IMG/VR virus record: IMGVR_UViG_3300044297_000019
Location: 1 to 30,395 of that record
Direction: 5' to 3' (one strand)
DNA: 30,395 nucleotides
From: a virus
Lineage: Duplodnaviria; Caudoviricetes
Both the position numbers and the translations under genes were made by a program. Under the pieces are notes generated by a model. That model had not been told where the DNA came from. It did not search any database and saw nothing but the letters and a program-made list of their open reading frames with translations. This document shows positions 6,305 to 16,577 of the stretch, one piece after another (position 1 is the stretch's first letter; every line of letters begins with the position of its first letter).

Positions 6305-6320
6305 AGTGAGGTTCGTCACA
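6305..6320. promoter_or_regulatory. CRP/GlxR-like operator
   Basis: aGTGA-ggttcg-TCACA, a 9/10 match to TGTGA-N6-TCACA. Confidence 0.4.
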
Positions 6321-6600
6321 AACGTGGGAAATCACCTATTTTTCCCGCCTTATATATAGTAGGGGAGTAAAACTCCCTGGCTTACGTTTTACGACCCGTA
6401 CCTCGCTACACTGCCGTTACGCGAGGCCCCTCGGCCGAGCACCAACTTACCCCTTGCTGCGCTGTGGCTTGCAAGGGAGTTAAACACCGCTGTGCGGTGC
6501 ATTGCACCGCTTTTAGTGGGGATAGTTCTATCATTTTACAAATAATCATTTTCCTCCCCGCCGAGATAAAATCTATCTCGCGCCGCGCCAAAGGAAGCCC

Positions 6601-8460
6601 GTGTCAGAAAATCCAGCAGACTTAGCCAAGAAGGTAATTCTGCAATGTATGGCAGAAGGTATGACCGTTGAGGCAGCCTGCCAAGCCGCGGGGAAGTCAG
6701 TAAAGACTTACGAGTACTACCGCCGCTCAGATTTGAATTTTAAGAACCTTGCCGACAGAACCCGTCTGGGGGCTGTCAACAAGAAGTTTGCAGATGCCGA
6801 CGTGATGGATATAGACTTTCCCACCTGGCGCTCACGCTTTCTCAAGCAGCAAACATTTCCACACCAGCAGAACCTGGTGGATGTCATTGAAGGCAGAGAA
6901 CCTGGCTGGTTTCATCCGTCGATGAAGTATGAAAAGGGAACCGCGTCAAACCGCATCCTGATTAACATTCCACCCAACCACGCCAAGTCCATTACTATCA
7001 CCGTTGACTATGTCACCTGGAAGGTAGTCCAAGACCCCAACTTTAGAGTCTTGATAGTCTCTCAAACCCAGCGCTTAGCCGCAGACTTTCTCTACGCTAT
7101 CAAGCAACGCTTGACCCATCCGATGTATGAAGAACTCCAGCAGGCCTATGCTGCAGGTGTCGGCTTTAATTCTAAGACCGCTTCCTGGCAAGCCACTCGT
7201 ATCACCTTCGGTGATGAACTGCGCGAGTCTACTGAGAAAGACCCCAACATTGAAGCCGTAGGTATCGGCGGTCAGATTTACGGCAAGCGTGCAGATATGA
7301 TTATCATAGATGACGCTGTCACCTTATCCAATGCCAATGACTTTGAAAAGCAAATTAAGTGGTTACAACAGGATGTGCGTTCTCGTCTTAACCCGACGGG
7401 TAAGTTAATTGTTATCGGCACACGCGTGGCAGCGGTAGATTTATATAAAGAACTACGCAATCCAGATAGATACCCTGGAGGCTTAGTTCCCTGGACATAC
7501 CTGGCAATGCCAGCACAATTAGAATCCGATGAGGACCCTGACAAGTGGGTCACTCTCTGGCCTTATTCTGACCAACCCTTCGACGGTCAATCTGAATCAG
7601 ATAAGAACGAAGAAGGACTATATCCCCGTTGGAATGGAAGGCACCTGTACAATGAGCGTCAGTCAATGGATGCCTCTACTTGGGCACTTATCTATCAGCA
7701 ACAAGACATTTCTGATGATGCTATTTTTGACCCTGTGTGCGTTAAGGGTTCGATAGATGGAATGCGTAAATCTGGTCGTCTCGTTCCTGGCCACCCTGGC
7801 CATCCTCGTGACCTTCACGGTTTTAGTTTTATCTGCGGCCTTGACCCTGCTATGGTTGGTGACACAGCAGCCATTTGCTACGCTATTGACCGCGTATCTC
7901 ACAAGCGGTACATTGTGGATGCTATCAAGATTACCAGGCCTACCCCAGCAGCAATTCGCCAACTCATATTCGACTGGACAAACCTTTACACACCCGCAGA
8001 GTGGATTGTGGAAAAGAACGCCTTCCAGTCATTCCTCACACAAGATGAGGGAATCCGTCAGCAATTAGCAACCAAAGGTGTTGTCCTTCGAGAACACCAC
8101 ACTGGCGCCAATAAATGGGATTCAGGTTTTGGTGTGGCATCAATGTCTACACTGTTTGGAACAAAACAACCCGATGGAAAGCATCACCGAGATAACCTGA
8201 TGCATCTTCCTTCAGACCAGACAGAAAACATCAAGGCTTTAATAGAACAACTTATCACCTGGTCACCGACGACTAAAGGTAAGACCGATATGGTGATGGC
8301 TTTGTGGTTTTGTGAGATTAGAGCGCGAGAGATGCTCAACACAGGAATGCATCAAAAGCATCATATGTCTAACCCCTTCCTCTCACGGGCAGAGATGAAC
8401 AAGCGCAGAGTTGTCAATATCGACCAGTTGTTAATGGAACAAGAAAAGCAATTTATCTAA
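6601..8460 (+). CDS. terL: Terminase large subunit with N-terminal HTH extension
   Basis: Walker A-like PPNHAKS, Walker B MIIIDD, IVIGTR, nuclease motifs GLDPA, IVEKN, DMVMA. Confidence 0.93.
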   Translation: MSENPADLAKKVILQCMAEGMTVEAACQAAGKSVKTYEYYRRSDLNFKNLADRTRLGAVNKKFADADVMDIDFPTWRSRFLKQQTFPHQQNLVDVIEGREPGWFHPSMKYEKGTASNRILINIPPNHAKSITITVDYVTWKVVQDPNFRVLIVSQTQRLAADFLYAIKQRLTHPMYEELQQAYAAGVGFNSKTASWQATRITFGDELRESTEKDPNIEAVGIGGQIYGKRADMIIIDDAVTLSNANDFEKQIKWLQQDVRSRLNPTGKLIVIGTRVAAVDLYKELRNPDRYPGGLVPWTYLAMPAQLESDEDPDKWVTLWPYSDQPFDGQSESDKNEEGLYPRWNGRHLYNERQSMDASTWALIYQQQDISDDAIFDPVCVKGSIDGMRKSGRLVPGHPGHPRDLHGFSFICGLDPAMVGDTAAICYAIDRVSHKRYIVDAIKITRPTPAAIRQLIFDWTNLYTPAEWIVEKNAFQSFLTQDEGIRQQLATKGVVLREHHTGANKWDSGFGVASMSTLFGTKQPDGKHHRDNLMHLPSDQTENIKALIEQLITWSPTTKGKTDMVMALWFCEIRAREMLNTGMHQKHHMSNPFLSRAEMNKRRVVNIDQLLMEQEKQFI

Positions 8461-8469
8461 GGAGTACCA

Positions 8470-8616
8470 ATGCCACGCAAGGACGTATTAGTTTCTAAGG
8501 CAGCGGTCAAGCGTAAGACAAAAGTGAAGAAGGCAAAGCGTAAGAACCACAACGGTACAAACCAGCGAGTAGCAACTCCTGGCAACGCTTTTGCCTATAG
8601 CGATTTCAACCGATAG
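8470..8616 (+). CDS. 48-aa highly basic protein
   Basis: AAGGAG RBS; KAAVKRKTKVKKAKRK. Confidence 0.65.
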   Translation: MPRKDVLVSKAAVKRKTKVKKAKRKNHNGTNQRVATPGNAFAYSDFNR

Positions 8617-8623
8617 AGGTACA

Positions 8624-10363
8624 ATGCTCAGCACAAAAGAGGTAATCTCGAAGGTATCACGCCTTCAGACCAAGTATGCAAAGCGCGACCAACGTATGCG
8701 CGATGTGCTTTCAGTGCGCCAAGGAGACATCTCCAAGGTCTACCCAGCAATGTTCTCCGAAGATTATCCAAAACCTTTAGTAGCAAACTTTGTTGATGTA
8801 GCAGCACGAGACTTAGCAGAAGTGATGGCACCTCTTCCATCTTTTAACTGCTCAGCAACCAATATGGTTTCTGACTCTGCTCGAAAGGCAGCAGATACCA
8901 GAACCCGCATTGCTAACTATTATGTGACCTCATCAGATTTACAAATCCAAATGTATTCTGGAGCAGACTGGTTTAATACCTACGGTATGCTTCCAGCGAT
9001 TGTAGAGTTGGACTATGATACTAATAATCCTCGCATCCGTCTTCTTAATCCTTGGGGCGTTTATCCTGAGATTGACCGTTTTGGCCGCACGCTATCGCTC
9101 ACAATCGTCACTCAATCTGATGCTGAAACTCTTGCCTCTCAGTACCCAGAGTTCTCGAAACAAATTTTTGGAAACTCGTTAAACGTACAAGGCTCGCCGT
9201 TGATTACAATGGTGCGCTACCACGATGCAGACCAGGACTTAGTATTCCTTCCAGACCGTGGCAACATTGTTTTAGCAAACGTTCCAAATCCACTAGGTAA
9301 ATGCTTAGCATCTGTTGCTATGCGCTCATCTTTGGACGGCGAAGCAAGAGGCCAGTTCGATGATATTCTCGCGGTACAATTAGCCCGTGCTCGCTTCGCT
9401 GTCCTTCAAATTCAGGCAGCAGAAAAATCTATCCAAGCACCGATTGCTATTCCGCAAGATGTGCAAGAACTTGCCTTCGGTCCAGATTCGATTATGCGCT
9501 CATCCAATCCGCAGGCTATTCGTCGCGTTCCATTGGAACTTCCACAAGGAGTATTCTCTGAGTCGCAAGTATTAGAACGAGAACTACGTCTAGGCGCTCG
9601 CTATCCAGAAGTCCGCTCAGGAAATCTTGACGCTTCAATCGTTACAGGCCGCGGAGTTCAAGCACTTCAAGCAGGATTTGATACACAAGTTCGCGCAGCA
9701 CAAGCACAGTTTGCTCGACTCTTTGTTGATATGATTGGTCTTTGCTTTGAGGTAGATGAAAAACTTTTTGGTTCCATTACCAAGACCATAAAAGGTAATG
9801 AAGATGGAACCCCGTATACACTGAAATACATTCCAAACCGCGACATCAAAGGCGAGTATGGTGTAGATGTTAAGTACGGCATTATGTCTGGTATGGACCC
9901 AAACCGTGCCATCATTGCCTTGCTTCAGATGCGCTCAGACAAACTTGTCTCTCGTGATTATGTCCGTCGAGAAATCCCAATGGAGTTAAATGTTACACAA
10001 GAAGAACAACGTGTGGACATTGAAGAAATGCGTGATAGTTTGCGTGTTGCTATGGCTCAGTATGCCGCGGCAATTCCGACGCTTGCTGCACAAGGTCAAG
10101 ACCCTTCACAAATTGTTGCAAGGATTGCTGAAGTTATTCAAGGACGACAAAAAGGATTACAACTAGAAACTGTGGTGGAGAAGGTGTTTACACCCGAACC
10201 ACAACCACAACAAGCACAACTTGGTGCTCAAGTTCCAGCAGCAGGCGTGGCCCCCGTTCCTGCCTCGCAGCCAACTCCAGAACAAATGGGTGCGGCCCCT
10301 GCTGCTGGCGCTCCACAACAACGTCCAGATATAGCAAGTTTACTTGCACAAATTGCAGGGTAA
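8624..10363 (+). CDS. Portal protein
   Basis: Position after terL, about 580 aa, helical with a Q/P/A-rich C-terminal tail; ATG at 8624 with GAGG RBS. Confidence 0.8.
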   Translation: MLSTKEVISKVSRLQTKYAKRDQRMRDVLSVRQGDISKVYPAMFSEDYPKPLVANFVDVAARDLAEVMAPLPSFNCSATNMVSDSARKAADTRTRIANYYVTSSDLQIQMYSGADWFNTYGMLPAIVELDYDTNNPRIRLLNPWGVYPEIDRFGRTLSLTIVTQSDAETLASQYPEFSKQIFGNSLNVQGSPLITMVRYHDADQDLVFLPDRGNIVLANVPNPLGKCLASVAMRSSLDGEARGQFDDILAVQLARARFAVLQIQAAEKSIQAPIAIPQDVQELAFGPDSIMRSSNPQAIRRVPLELPQGVFSESQVLERELRLGARYPEVRSGNLDASIVTGRGVQALQAGFDTQVRAAQAQFARLFVDMIGLCFEVDEKLFGSITKTIKGNEDGTPYTLKYIPNRDIKGEYGVDVKYGIMSGMDPNRAIIALLQMRSDKLVSRDYVRREIPMELNVTQEEQRVDIEEMRDSLRVAMAQYAAAIPTLAAQGQDPSQIVARIAEVIQGRQKGLQLETVVEKVFTPEPQPQQAQLGAQVPAAGVAPVPASQPTPEQMGAAPAAGAPQQRPDIASLLAQIAG

Positions 10364-10377
10364 TGAGGGGGTGTTAA

Positions 10378-10521
10378 ATGCGTAAAGGTTCAGTAGCGGC
10401 GGCTTCAATGTCAAAGCCAGTTGAAGGAAAGAGAGACACTTCCAAGCCAGCAGGTGGCGAAGTCAAATTCGGCTTCACTGCAGCGGCTCGTAAGGGTAAG
10501 CCAGTTAAAGTATCAAAGTAA
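10378..10521 (+). CDS. 47-aa basic hypothetical protein
   Basis: GAGGGGG RBS; MRKGSVAAASMSKPVEGK... Confidence 0.65.
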   Translation: MRKGSVAAASMSKPVEGKRDTSKPAGGEVKFGFTAAARKGKPVKVSK

Positions 10522-10542
10522 AGAATTCAAAGGAGACTGAGC

Positions 10543-10758
10543 GTGGATGACAAGGACTTTGTACCGCGCTCAGTTAACTTCGATGATTTCCTTGTAGTAG
10601 TAGCAGAGTTTTTACATAACATAGCACAAACATTTCATACATTAACAGAATCATTATTAGAACTGTCCGTCTATAACGCCAATAGAAAAGTTAAGGTCAA
10701 TAGGACGTGGGAACAGTTTTCAACAGATTTAGAAAAGATGGAGGACAATAATGGCTAG
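10543..10758 (+). CDS. Hypothetical helical protein
   Basis: AGGGAG RBS, GTG start. Confidence 0.6.
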   Translation: MDDKDFVPRSVNFDDFLVVVAEFLHNIAQTFHTLTESLLELSVYNANRKVKVNRTWEQFSTDLEKMEDNNG

Positions 10759-11164
10759 AAATACACAGCCTATGAATCCTCTTGCTGGAGTTCCAGGACC
10801 AGGAGACAAGTCAGTGCGAAACGATTTACTAAAGATGGGTTCCACCGCATACGGTGAAGGAATCGAAACTGACGCCATCAAATCAGGTGCTAAACTTGCA
10901 AAGACTCCCGATGTACGCGGAGCAACCAATACACAAGTGCGCCAAGCCGCATCAGGCGGAGGCGTTGGTATGTTTGATAATACCAATAGACCAAATGAAG
11001 ACATAATGACTGGCGCTGATAGAATTCTTGACGGAAGCCAATATCGTCAATCAGATTTAGATATTATCAATAAATATATGCCAGCACTTGACGCAATGGC
11101 TGCGGCTCCAGATTCACCACAGTCTTTCAGAATTTTTGTTCGCAACATTCAAGGAATAATGTGA
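10751..11164 (+). CDS. Hypothetical virion-associated protein
   Basis: GGAGG RBS; GPG..SVR.D and YGE motifs. Confidence 0.65.
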   Translation: MARNTQPMNPLAGVPGPGDKSVRNDLLKMGSTAYGEGIETDAIKSGAKLAKTPDVRGATNTQVRQAASGGGVGMFDNTNRPNEDIMTGADRILDGSQYRQSDLDIINKYMPALDAMAAAPDSPQSFRIFVRNIQGIM

Positions 11165-11307
11165 ATCAATTTGTTAAAGATGTCACCGCTTTTGTTGATG
11201 CTTTAGGTATGGATGAACCAGCGGTCATTCTTTCTCTTGCCCAGGTTCCGTGGGAATCTGAAGGTGACCGAGATGAATTTATTAAATATCTAACCAGAGA
11301 GGTTTAA
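11161..11307 (+). CDS. 48-aa hypothetical protein
   Basis: AAGGA RBS, GTGA coupling; MNQFVKDVTAFVDALGMDEP... Confidence 0.55.
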   Translation: MNQFVKDVTAFVDALGMDEPAVILSLAQVPWESEGDRDEFIKYLTREV

Positions 11308-11309
11308 CC

Positions 11310-14300
11310 TTGGCTAACTACTGGGACTCTCTTAAAACTGCTATTGCTAACACTATTGGCAAGTCTATTGCTGCACCAGTTCAGGCTGCGCTAGGACTTG
11401 GAACTGGTTTAGCAGAAAAACAAGCAGCAACTATTACTCCAGTAGCAGCGCCAGCAATTCAAGCACAAGGTGAACAACTTCAAAAGCAAGTTGGCTCAAT
11501 GGGAAGAACTGCAGCAACTGCGGCGGTTGGAACCATAACAAAACCAGCAGAATTTCTTAATGTCGATACCGCGTTCAATCTTGGTATGGAACAACTTAAT
11601 AAAGCATATGAATTTGCTTATCCAAAAGTTGCTCAACCAATCAGCGCTGCGCTATTAACAAACGCAGACCTTGTTGCTGGTGATGGATTAAACATTGTTA
11701 AGAACTGGACGCTTGGACGTCAGGTAAGTCCAGGTCAAGCAGCGGCAAATCTTCTTGGTACAGAACTTGAGACTGCTGGAGTTACTCCACTTCTTGAGAA
11801 AAAAGGATTAAGCCTTCCGACGTTTCTTAGCCCAAACTTTAACATTGCCGACCCAGATGAACGCAAGAAGGCATTTCAAGATGAAATCTTTGGAAAAGTT
11901 TTATCTGGTGGTTTAGATGGATTTCTTAATTGGTATGCAGACCCGCTGGTTATTGCTGGTAAAGGCGCAAAAACGTTACGTCTTGCTGGGCTTAATCGTC
12001 CGATTCGTTCAGCGGAAGATGTAATAAGGCTTCGCTCAGAACTAGATTCTCACGGTATGTGGCTTAAGACCGATGGACAAATTGGTCGAGAGACACCAAT
12101 GGGTGTGGTTGCTCAACGACTGGTAGGTAAAACTCCAGAGCAAGCAATCGACGATGTGTTTGTTAAAAACACAACCAACCCACGCTTTGTTGCATCCATT
12201 GCTGGTGAATTAGATAACTACGACGATGTCGCAGACTTTCTTGCTGCAGCCGCTGGTGATAAGAATTCATTACTTAAGTTGGAAAAAACAAAGGCATCTA
12301 TTGCTGATGAAATTCAACGCACTCAAGATATTTTAGAACCAATTCAAAAGCGCTATAACTCTATTGACTTTGGTCAGGCTATAAATTTTAATCAACATAT
12401 GCCAACCATTGAAGAGTACGATAAGTTAACAAACGTACTTAACGACTTAACCCGTCGAGACAAGAACCTTGCAGAGGCTCTTAATCAAAAGGTAAGTGAC
12501 TATCGAGTCATCAGAGATTACACATCTGCGGCAGACGTAGAAGTTTTCAATAAGAACATAGGTGTGGCTGTTGAAAAAGCACGAGCGGCAGCGTCTGAGG
12601 TTTACCACAATGTATCTTTCTTTACGGAGAAATTTCAAAAGACTCCATTTAGCCGCGCTGTAACTGTTATCACTTTACCATTTACTAAACTTCCTCGTGG
12701 CATTGTTCGTGTGGACGGCGGTCCAGTAGCCGATTCATATAACGAAATTAAGTACGCTCTCAATTCTGTAAAACCTATTCGAGGAATAGAGTATGCAGCG
12801 GTAAAGAATGAACTTGCTCGCTCCTATATTAACGCACGTAACGCTCAAGAGCGTATGGTTGCTATTCAAAATATAGAGCAGGAACTGGCGGACATCATTG
12901 CCCTGGAAAAAGGGTTTACGCCAGAAGATGCTCGTAACGTGTATAATGAATTTGGTAAAGTCCGCAGAGGTCTTATGGACACAATGCAGACAAAAGGTTT
13001 TTGGGTAGATGATGCTGGAGATTTAGTAAAGTCACCATTCTGGAAATCTGAAATGCCCAACATAGTTCCGATGATGAACTTTAAAGACTTTTCAAATTTC
13101 TTAGACATCTATCGTGTTTCTAAGCGTCCTGGTGCAACAGCGCTTAAGATAGCAAAAGAAGGTGAAGATTGGTTAGACTTTGCCAACTCATTCTTTAAGG
13201 CATCTGTGCTTACTCGTATGGGCTATCCAATCCGTAACACCATTGACGGTCAAATGCGAGCAGCGCTTACGCTTGGTTCTTTGGTAAAAACAGATAATGT
13301 TATTAGAGATTTTGCTAAAAACACAGCGACTCGTTTACAGATAGCAAAAAACTACGGTCAACAACTTGTTCAGTTGAAAACTCCAGGTATGTTGCGTACT
13401 GGAACTGGCAAAGCAATATCTATGCGTAACAGTTATATTGATGTTCGCAATCAGATTCTTGATGAACTTACCCCAGAAAAGTATTACGCTGGAGCATCTG
13501 GAGTATTTGGAAAGCCAATAGAACCTGGTATGGTTGAACTTGCTATATCTTCTAAGACTGCTCCAGTTCTTGATGCTGGAAAACGTTTAGATTACTTTAA
13601 GTTAAAAGAATTAAAAAATAAACAAAACGGATTACTTTTTGGTCAAGATAAAAAGAAGTTTGAAAGATTACAACAAGAAGCATTTGGCAAATATGTCAAA
13701 CAAGAAGTTGTAGGAAAACTTCCAGAAGGTACAACTCTTGTTTATGCAGACTTTCCAAGCGGAAAGATTTTCTATAAAGTTCCTGGCGAAAAGGGAAGAT
13801 TGCCAAAGGGGGCATTTCCTACAATCGAACCACGAAAAGGATTGCCAGCGGGACTGCTTGAGGGTGAAATGCCTAAAGGTATGGGCATTAAGGCTCGCGC
13901 TAAACATCCTGGAGCGCAGCCAGATATTCGAGTGGTGACTTCATACGACCTTTCTCGTTCAAGAAACTTTGAAGACATTGCAGAAATTCTTGGCGAAGAC
14001 CAAATGAACCGCATCAGAATCTATACTCAAAACATTGAGGCTCTCAATAATCAAATTGATGACCTTATTGAAGAGTCACAAAAAATGGCTCTTATCCGTT
14101 CTGAACTTAAAATTGTAAAAGGCGGAGAAAAAGACGTAAAAATTATTACACCAAAAGGCGTTGAGGTAAATGCTGGCGGTGCGTTCGGTGGACCAAACGG
14201 TATGGCCATTCGAGACGAAGCAGCAAGCGATAAGACGCTAAACTGGCTTACTGAATCTCAAGCATATATGACTTTTGATGCTCAAAAGGGTCTGACATCT

Positions 14301-16577
14301 CATTCCTTTACTGGTAAACTAGGACCAGAGCGTGTAGTTGTTAATCCAACGGACCCGCAATACTTTAACGAAATGGCAAATTTTGCCAATAGATTTTTAC
14401 GCAATGACCAACTTGCTATGCGTCTTCTTGCTGGACAATCAGATACTCAAATTCTTGAGTGGTTTAAAAAAGATGGACAATTCTACCTTAATGAAATTAA
14501 GGCTTCCATTACAAAAGAAGAAGTAGTTAGCCACATTGCTGAAGCCCGCGCTAGACTTAATAGAGTATTTCCAGACCGTCAGGTTCAATCCCTTATTGCT
14601 CGTGAAGAATTAACGCCAGAGCAATTTGACGTATTGATGCGCGGTGTTCCAAACCTTACCCCTATTGCTGGGCGTAAGATTATGGAAGATACATTTAGGT
14701 ATGGAAGTTCAACTACTCGAAGCGTTATCAATCAGACTTTGTCAAAATTGTTCAAAGTGCTTGGTTCAACCCCAGAAAACAATTTGGTTGCTTGGCCATT
14801 TTATCAAAGACTATATGAGCGAGCGCTTACTGAAGAAGTTAAGATTGCTGAAGGTCTTGGTAAGAATCTTCAAGACCCAGATTTAATTATTCAACTTCAG
14901 CGTACTGCGCATTCCCAAGCGTTAAAGACTACTAATGAAGTTTTGTACCGTGTAACAAATAACACTGGTATGTCAAATACGCTTCGCTTTTTGATTCCGT
15001 TCTTTAACGCACAGTATAACGCAGTTAAGGTCTACGGAAAGTTTATGTTTGAAGACCCTTCACGCATAGCCAGAACTCAACAGTTATGGAATGCACCAAA
15101 CCGAGTCGCTACGGTTGTGGACAATGAAGGTAATCAAGTTCCTCCAGGACAGTCTCCAGCAACGCCACAGTTCCTGCTCTTTACAATTCCGCAGGGACTT
15201 CAAGGTAAGTTTGGTATTCCAAAAGGATACGATATTTCTATTCCAAAAAATAGCCTTAACGTATTTCTTACTGGCGAAAACCCATTGGCTCCGTCGTTTG
15301 GCTTACCAGTTCAAATTCCACTATCATCGTTTGCTAACAGTAGACCAGAAGTAGTTGAAGATGTCAGGTCTTATTTAGCAAGAGCAGTGGGTCCATCTGC
15401 CGCAAATGCCATAATGAGTTCCCTTCTTCCATTTGGCAAGCCTGCAGAAAAGCCTTGGGATTTATTACTACCAGCCGCTGCTAGAAAATACGCAGCAAGC
15501 CAGGCTGGATTAGACAACGCAGCCTTTGCATCAGCGGTAGCAAGTGCAATGAAGACCCAGTACAATGAATGGGTTCAAGATGGAAGAGTTGGTAAACAAC
15601 CAACTTTTGATGATGCGATTAAACTTGCTAAGCATTTATATGACATACGCATCGGTGTCAATATGCTGTTGCCGTTTACTTTTAGTTTCCGACCAGAATG
15701 GCAAGTCATCATCGATGATTACCGCAAGGCTATCGCTAACCCATTAGTCGGACCAGATAAAGTCAATGATTACATCCTTAGTAAATGGGGCGATATAGGA
15801 TATATCCTTACCGCGCCAACAACAAAAAATGCTACTGGTGTAGTTCCTACAGCAAATGCTGTAAGAAATGAAAAAGAGTTTAGGTCATTGCTCGGCAAGA
15901 TGGATGATTTAAATGTTCCAGGTCTTGTTGGGTTTATAGTCAACAATGGCATTTCATCCAGTAAGTACTCTGATGCAGCATCTAATTATTTCAAAAATAG
16001 AGAAGTTCGCCCTGGTGGAAATCTAACTTACACAGAAAAGCGCACAACAGAAGACATTCTTAAAGACAGGGAAATCAGTCTTGGATGGTATTTCTATCAA
16101 AAACTTAGCGCTCAGATGGACGGACTGCTGGCACAAAACGGACTTAAGTCTGTTAATTCTTCTGCTGCTGAGCAACTTGGGCTTAAGGCTCAATGGGACA
16201 ATAAGATAGAGGAATTGAAAAAATATCTTCCAGCCTGGGGCGAGGACAAAGAGTTTGGTGCAACTGATATAAACAAGACAAAGCGTTATATCAAAGGCTT
16301 AATGACCATTGTCAGCGACAAGGATTATATGGGCAAGTACGGAAACACGCCAACTATGCAGGCTGTTTCAGATTATGTAGCAGCAAGAACATATGTTGCT
16401 CAAGAACTTGTTAAGCGAAAAGATTACTACGGAGATAGTAGCCTTACTAGCGTATATAATTCAGACCTCAAAGAAAAGTGGGATGACTATATCTTCAGAA
16501 TGAAAAACTGGGATAAAGGATTCTCTGATTTGTACACACGTTATTTAGAAAATGATAAGTTCGGGGTGATTAAGTAA
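11310..16577 (+). CDS. 1755-aa putative internal virion/DNA-ejection protein
   Basis: Very long helical ORF between portal and scaffold; podovirus-like context; no catalytic motif recognised. Confidence 0.6.
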   Translation: MANYWDSLKTAIANTIGKSIAAPVQAALGLGTGLAEKQAATITPVAAPAIQAQGEQLQKQVGSMGRTAATAAVGTITKPAEFLNVDTAFNLGMEQLNKAYEFAYPKVAQPISAALLTNADLVAGDGLNIVKNWTLGRQVSPGQAAANLLGTELETAGVTPLLEKKGLSLPTFLSPNFNIADPDERKKAFQDEIFGKVLSGGLDGFLNWYADPLVIAGKGAKTLRLAGLNRPIRSAEDVIRLRSELDSHGMWLKTDGQIGRETPMGVVAQRLVGKTPEQAIDDVFVKNTTNPRFVASIAGELDNYDDVADFLAAAAGDKNSLLKLEKTKASIADEIQRTQDILEPIQKRYNSIDFGQAINFNQHMPTIEEYDKLTNVLNDLTRRDKNLAEALNQKVSDYRVIRDYTSAADVEVFNKNIGVAVEKARAAASEVYHNVSFFTEKFQKTPFSRAVTVITLPFTKLPRGIVRVDGGPVADSYNEIKYALNSVKPIRGIEYAAVKNELARSYINARNAQERMVAIQNIEQELADIIALEKGFTPEDARNVYNEFGKVRRGLMDTMQTKGFWVDDAGDLVKSPFWKSEMPNIVPMMNFKDFSNFLDIYRVSKRPGATALKIAKEGEDWLDFANSFFKASVLTRMGYPIRNTIDGQMRAALTLGSLVKTDNVIRDFAKNTATRLQIAKNYGQQLVQLKTPGMLRTGTGKAISMRNSYIDVRNQILDELTPEKYYAGASGVFGKPIEPGMVELAISSKTAPVLDAGKRLDYFKLKELKNKQNGLLFGQDKKKFERLQQEAFGKYVKQEVVGKLPEGTTLVYADFPSGKIFYKVPGEKGRLPKGAFPTIEPRKGLPAGLLEGEMPKGMGIKARAKHPGAQPDIRVVTSYDLSRSRNFEDIAEILGEDQMNRIRIYTQNIEALNNQIDDLIEESQKMALIRSELKIVKGGEKDVKIITPKGVEVNAGGAFGGPNGMAIRDEAASDKTLNWLTESQAYMTFDAQKGLTSHSFTGKLGPERVVVNPTDPQYFNEMANFANRFLRNDQLAMRLLAGQSDTQILEWFKKDGQFYLNEIKASITKEEVVSHIAEARARLNRVFPDRQVQSLIAREELTPEQFDVLMRGVPNLTPIAGRKIMEDTFRYGSSTTRSVINQTLSKLFKVLGSTPENNLVAWPFYQRLYERALTEEVKIAEGLGKNLQDPDLIIQLQRTAHSQALKTTNEVLYRVTNNTGMSNTLRFLIPFFNAQYNAVKVYGKFMFEDPSRIARTQQLWNAPNRVATVVDNEGNQVPPGQSPATPQFLLFTIPQGLQGKFGIPKGYDISIPKNSLNVFLTGENPLAPSFGLPVQIPLSSFANSRPEVVEDVRSYLARAVGPSAANAIMSSLLPFGKPAEKPWDLLLPAAARKYAASQAGLDNAAFASAVASAMKTQYNEWVQDGRVGKQPTFDDAIKLAKHLYDIRIGVNMLLPFTFSFRPEWQVIIDDYRKAIANPLVGPDKVNDYILSKWGDIGYILTAPTTKNATGVVPTANAVRNEKEFRSLLGKMDDLNVPGLVGFIVNNGISSSKYSDAASNYFKNREVRPGGNLTYTEKRTTEDILKDREISLGWYFYQKLSAQMDGLLAQNGLKSVNSSAAEQLGLKAQWDNKIEELKKYLPAWGEDKEFGATDINKTKRYIKGLMTIVSDKDYMGKYGNTPTMQAVSDYVAARTYVAQELVKRKDYYGDSSLTSVYNSDLKEKWDDYIFRMKNWDKGFSDLYTRYLENDKFGVIK

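Noticed and set aside
5944-6591. Minus-strand ORFs 5944-6165 and 6406-6591
   Set aside because: No convincing RBS, upstream of the early promoter, and coincide with repeats and hairpins
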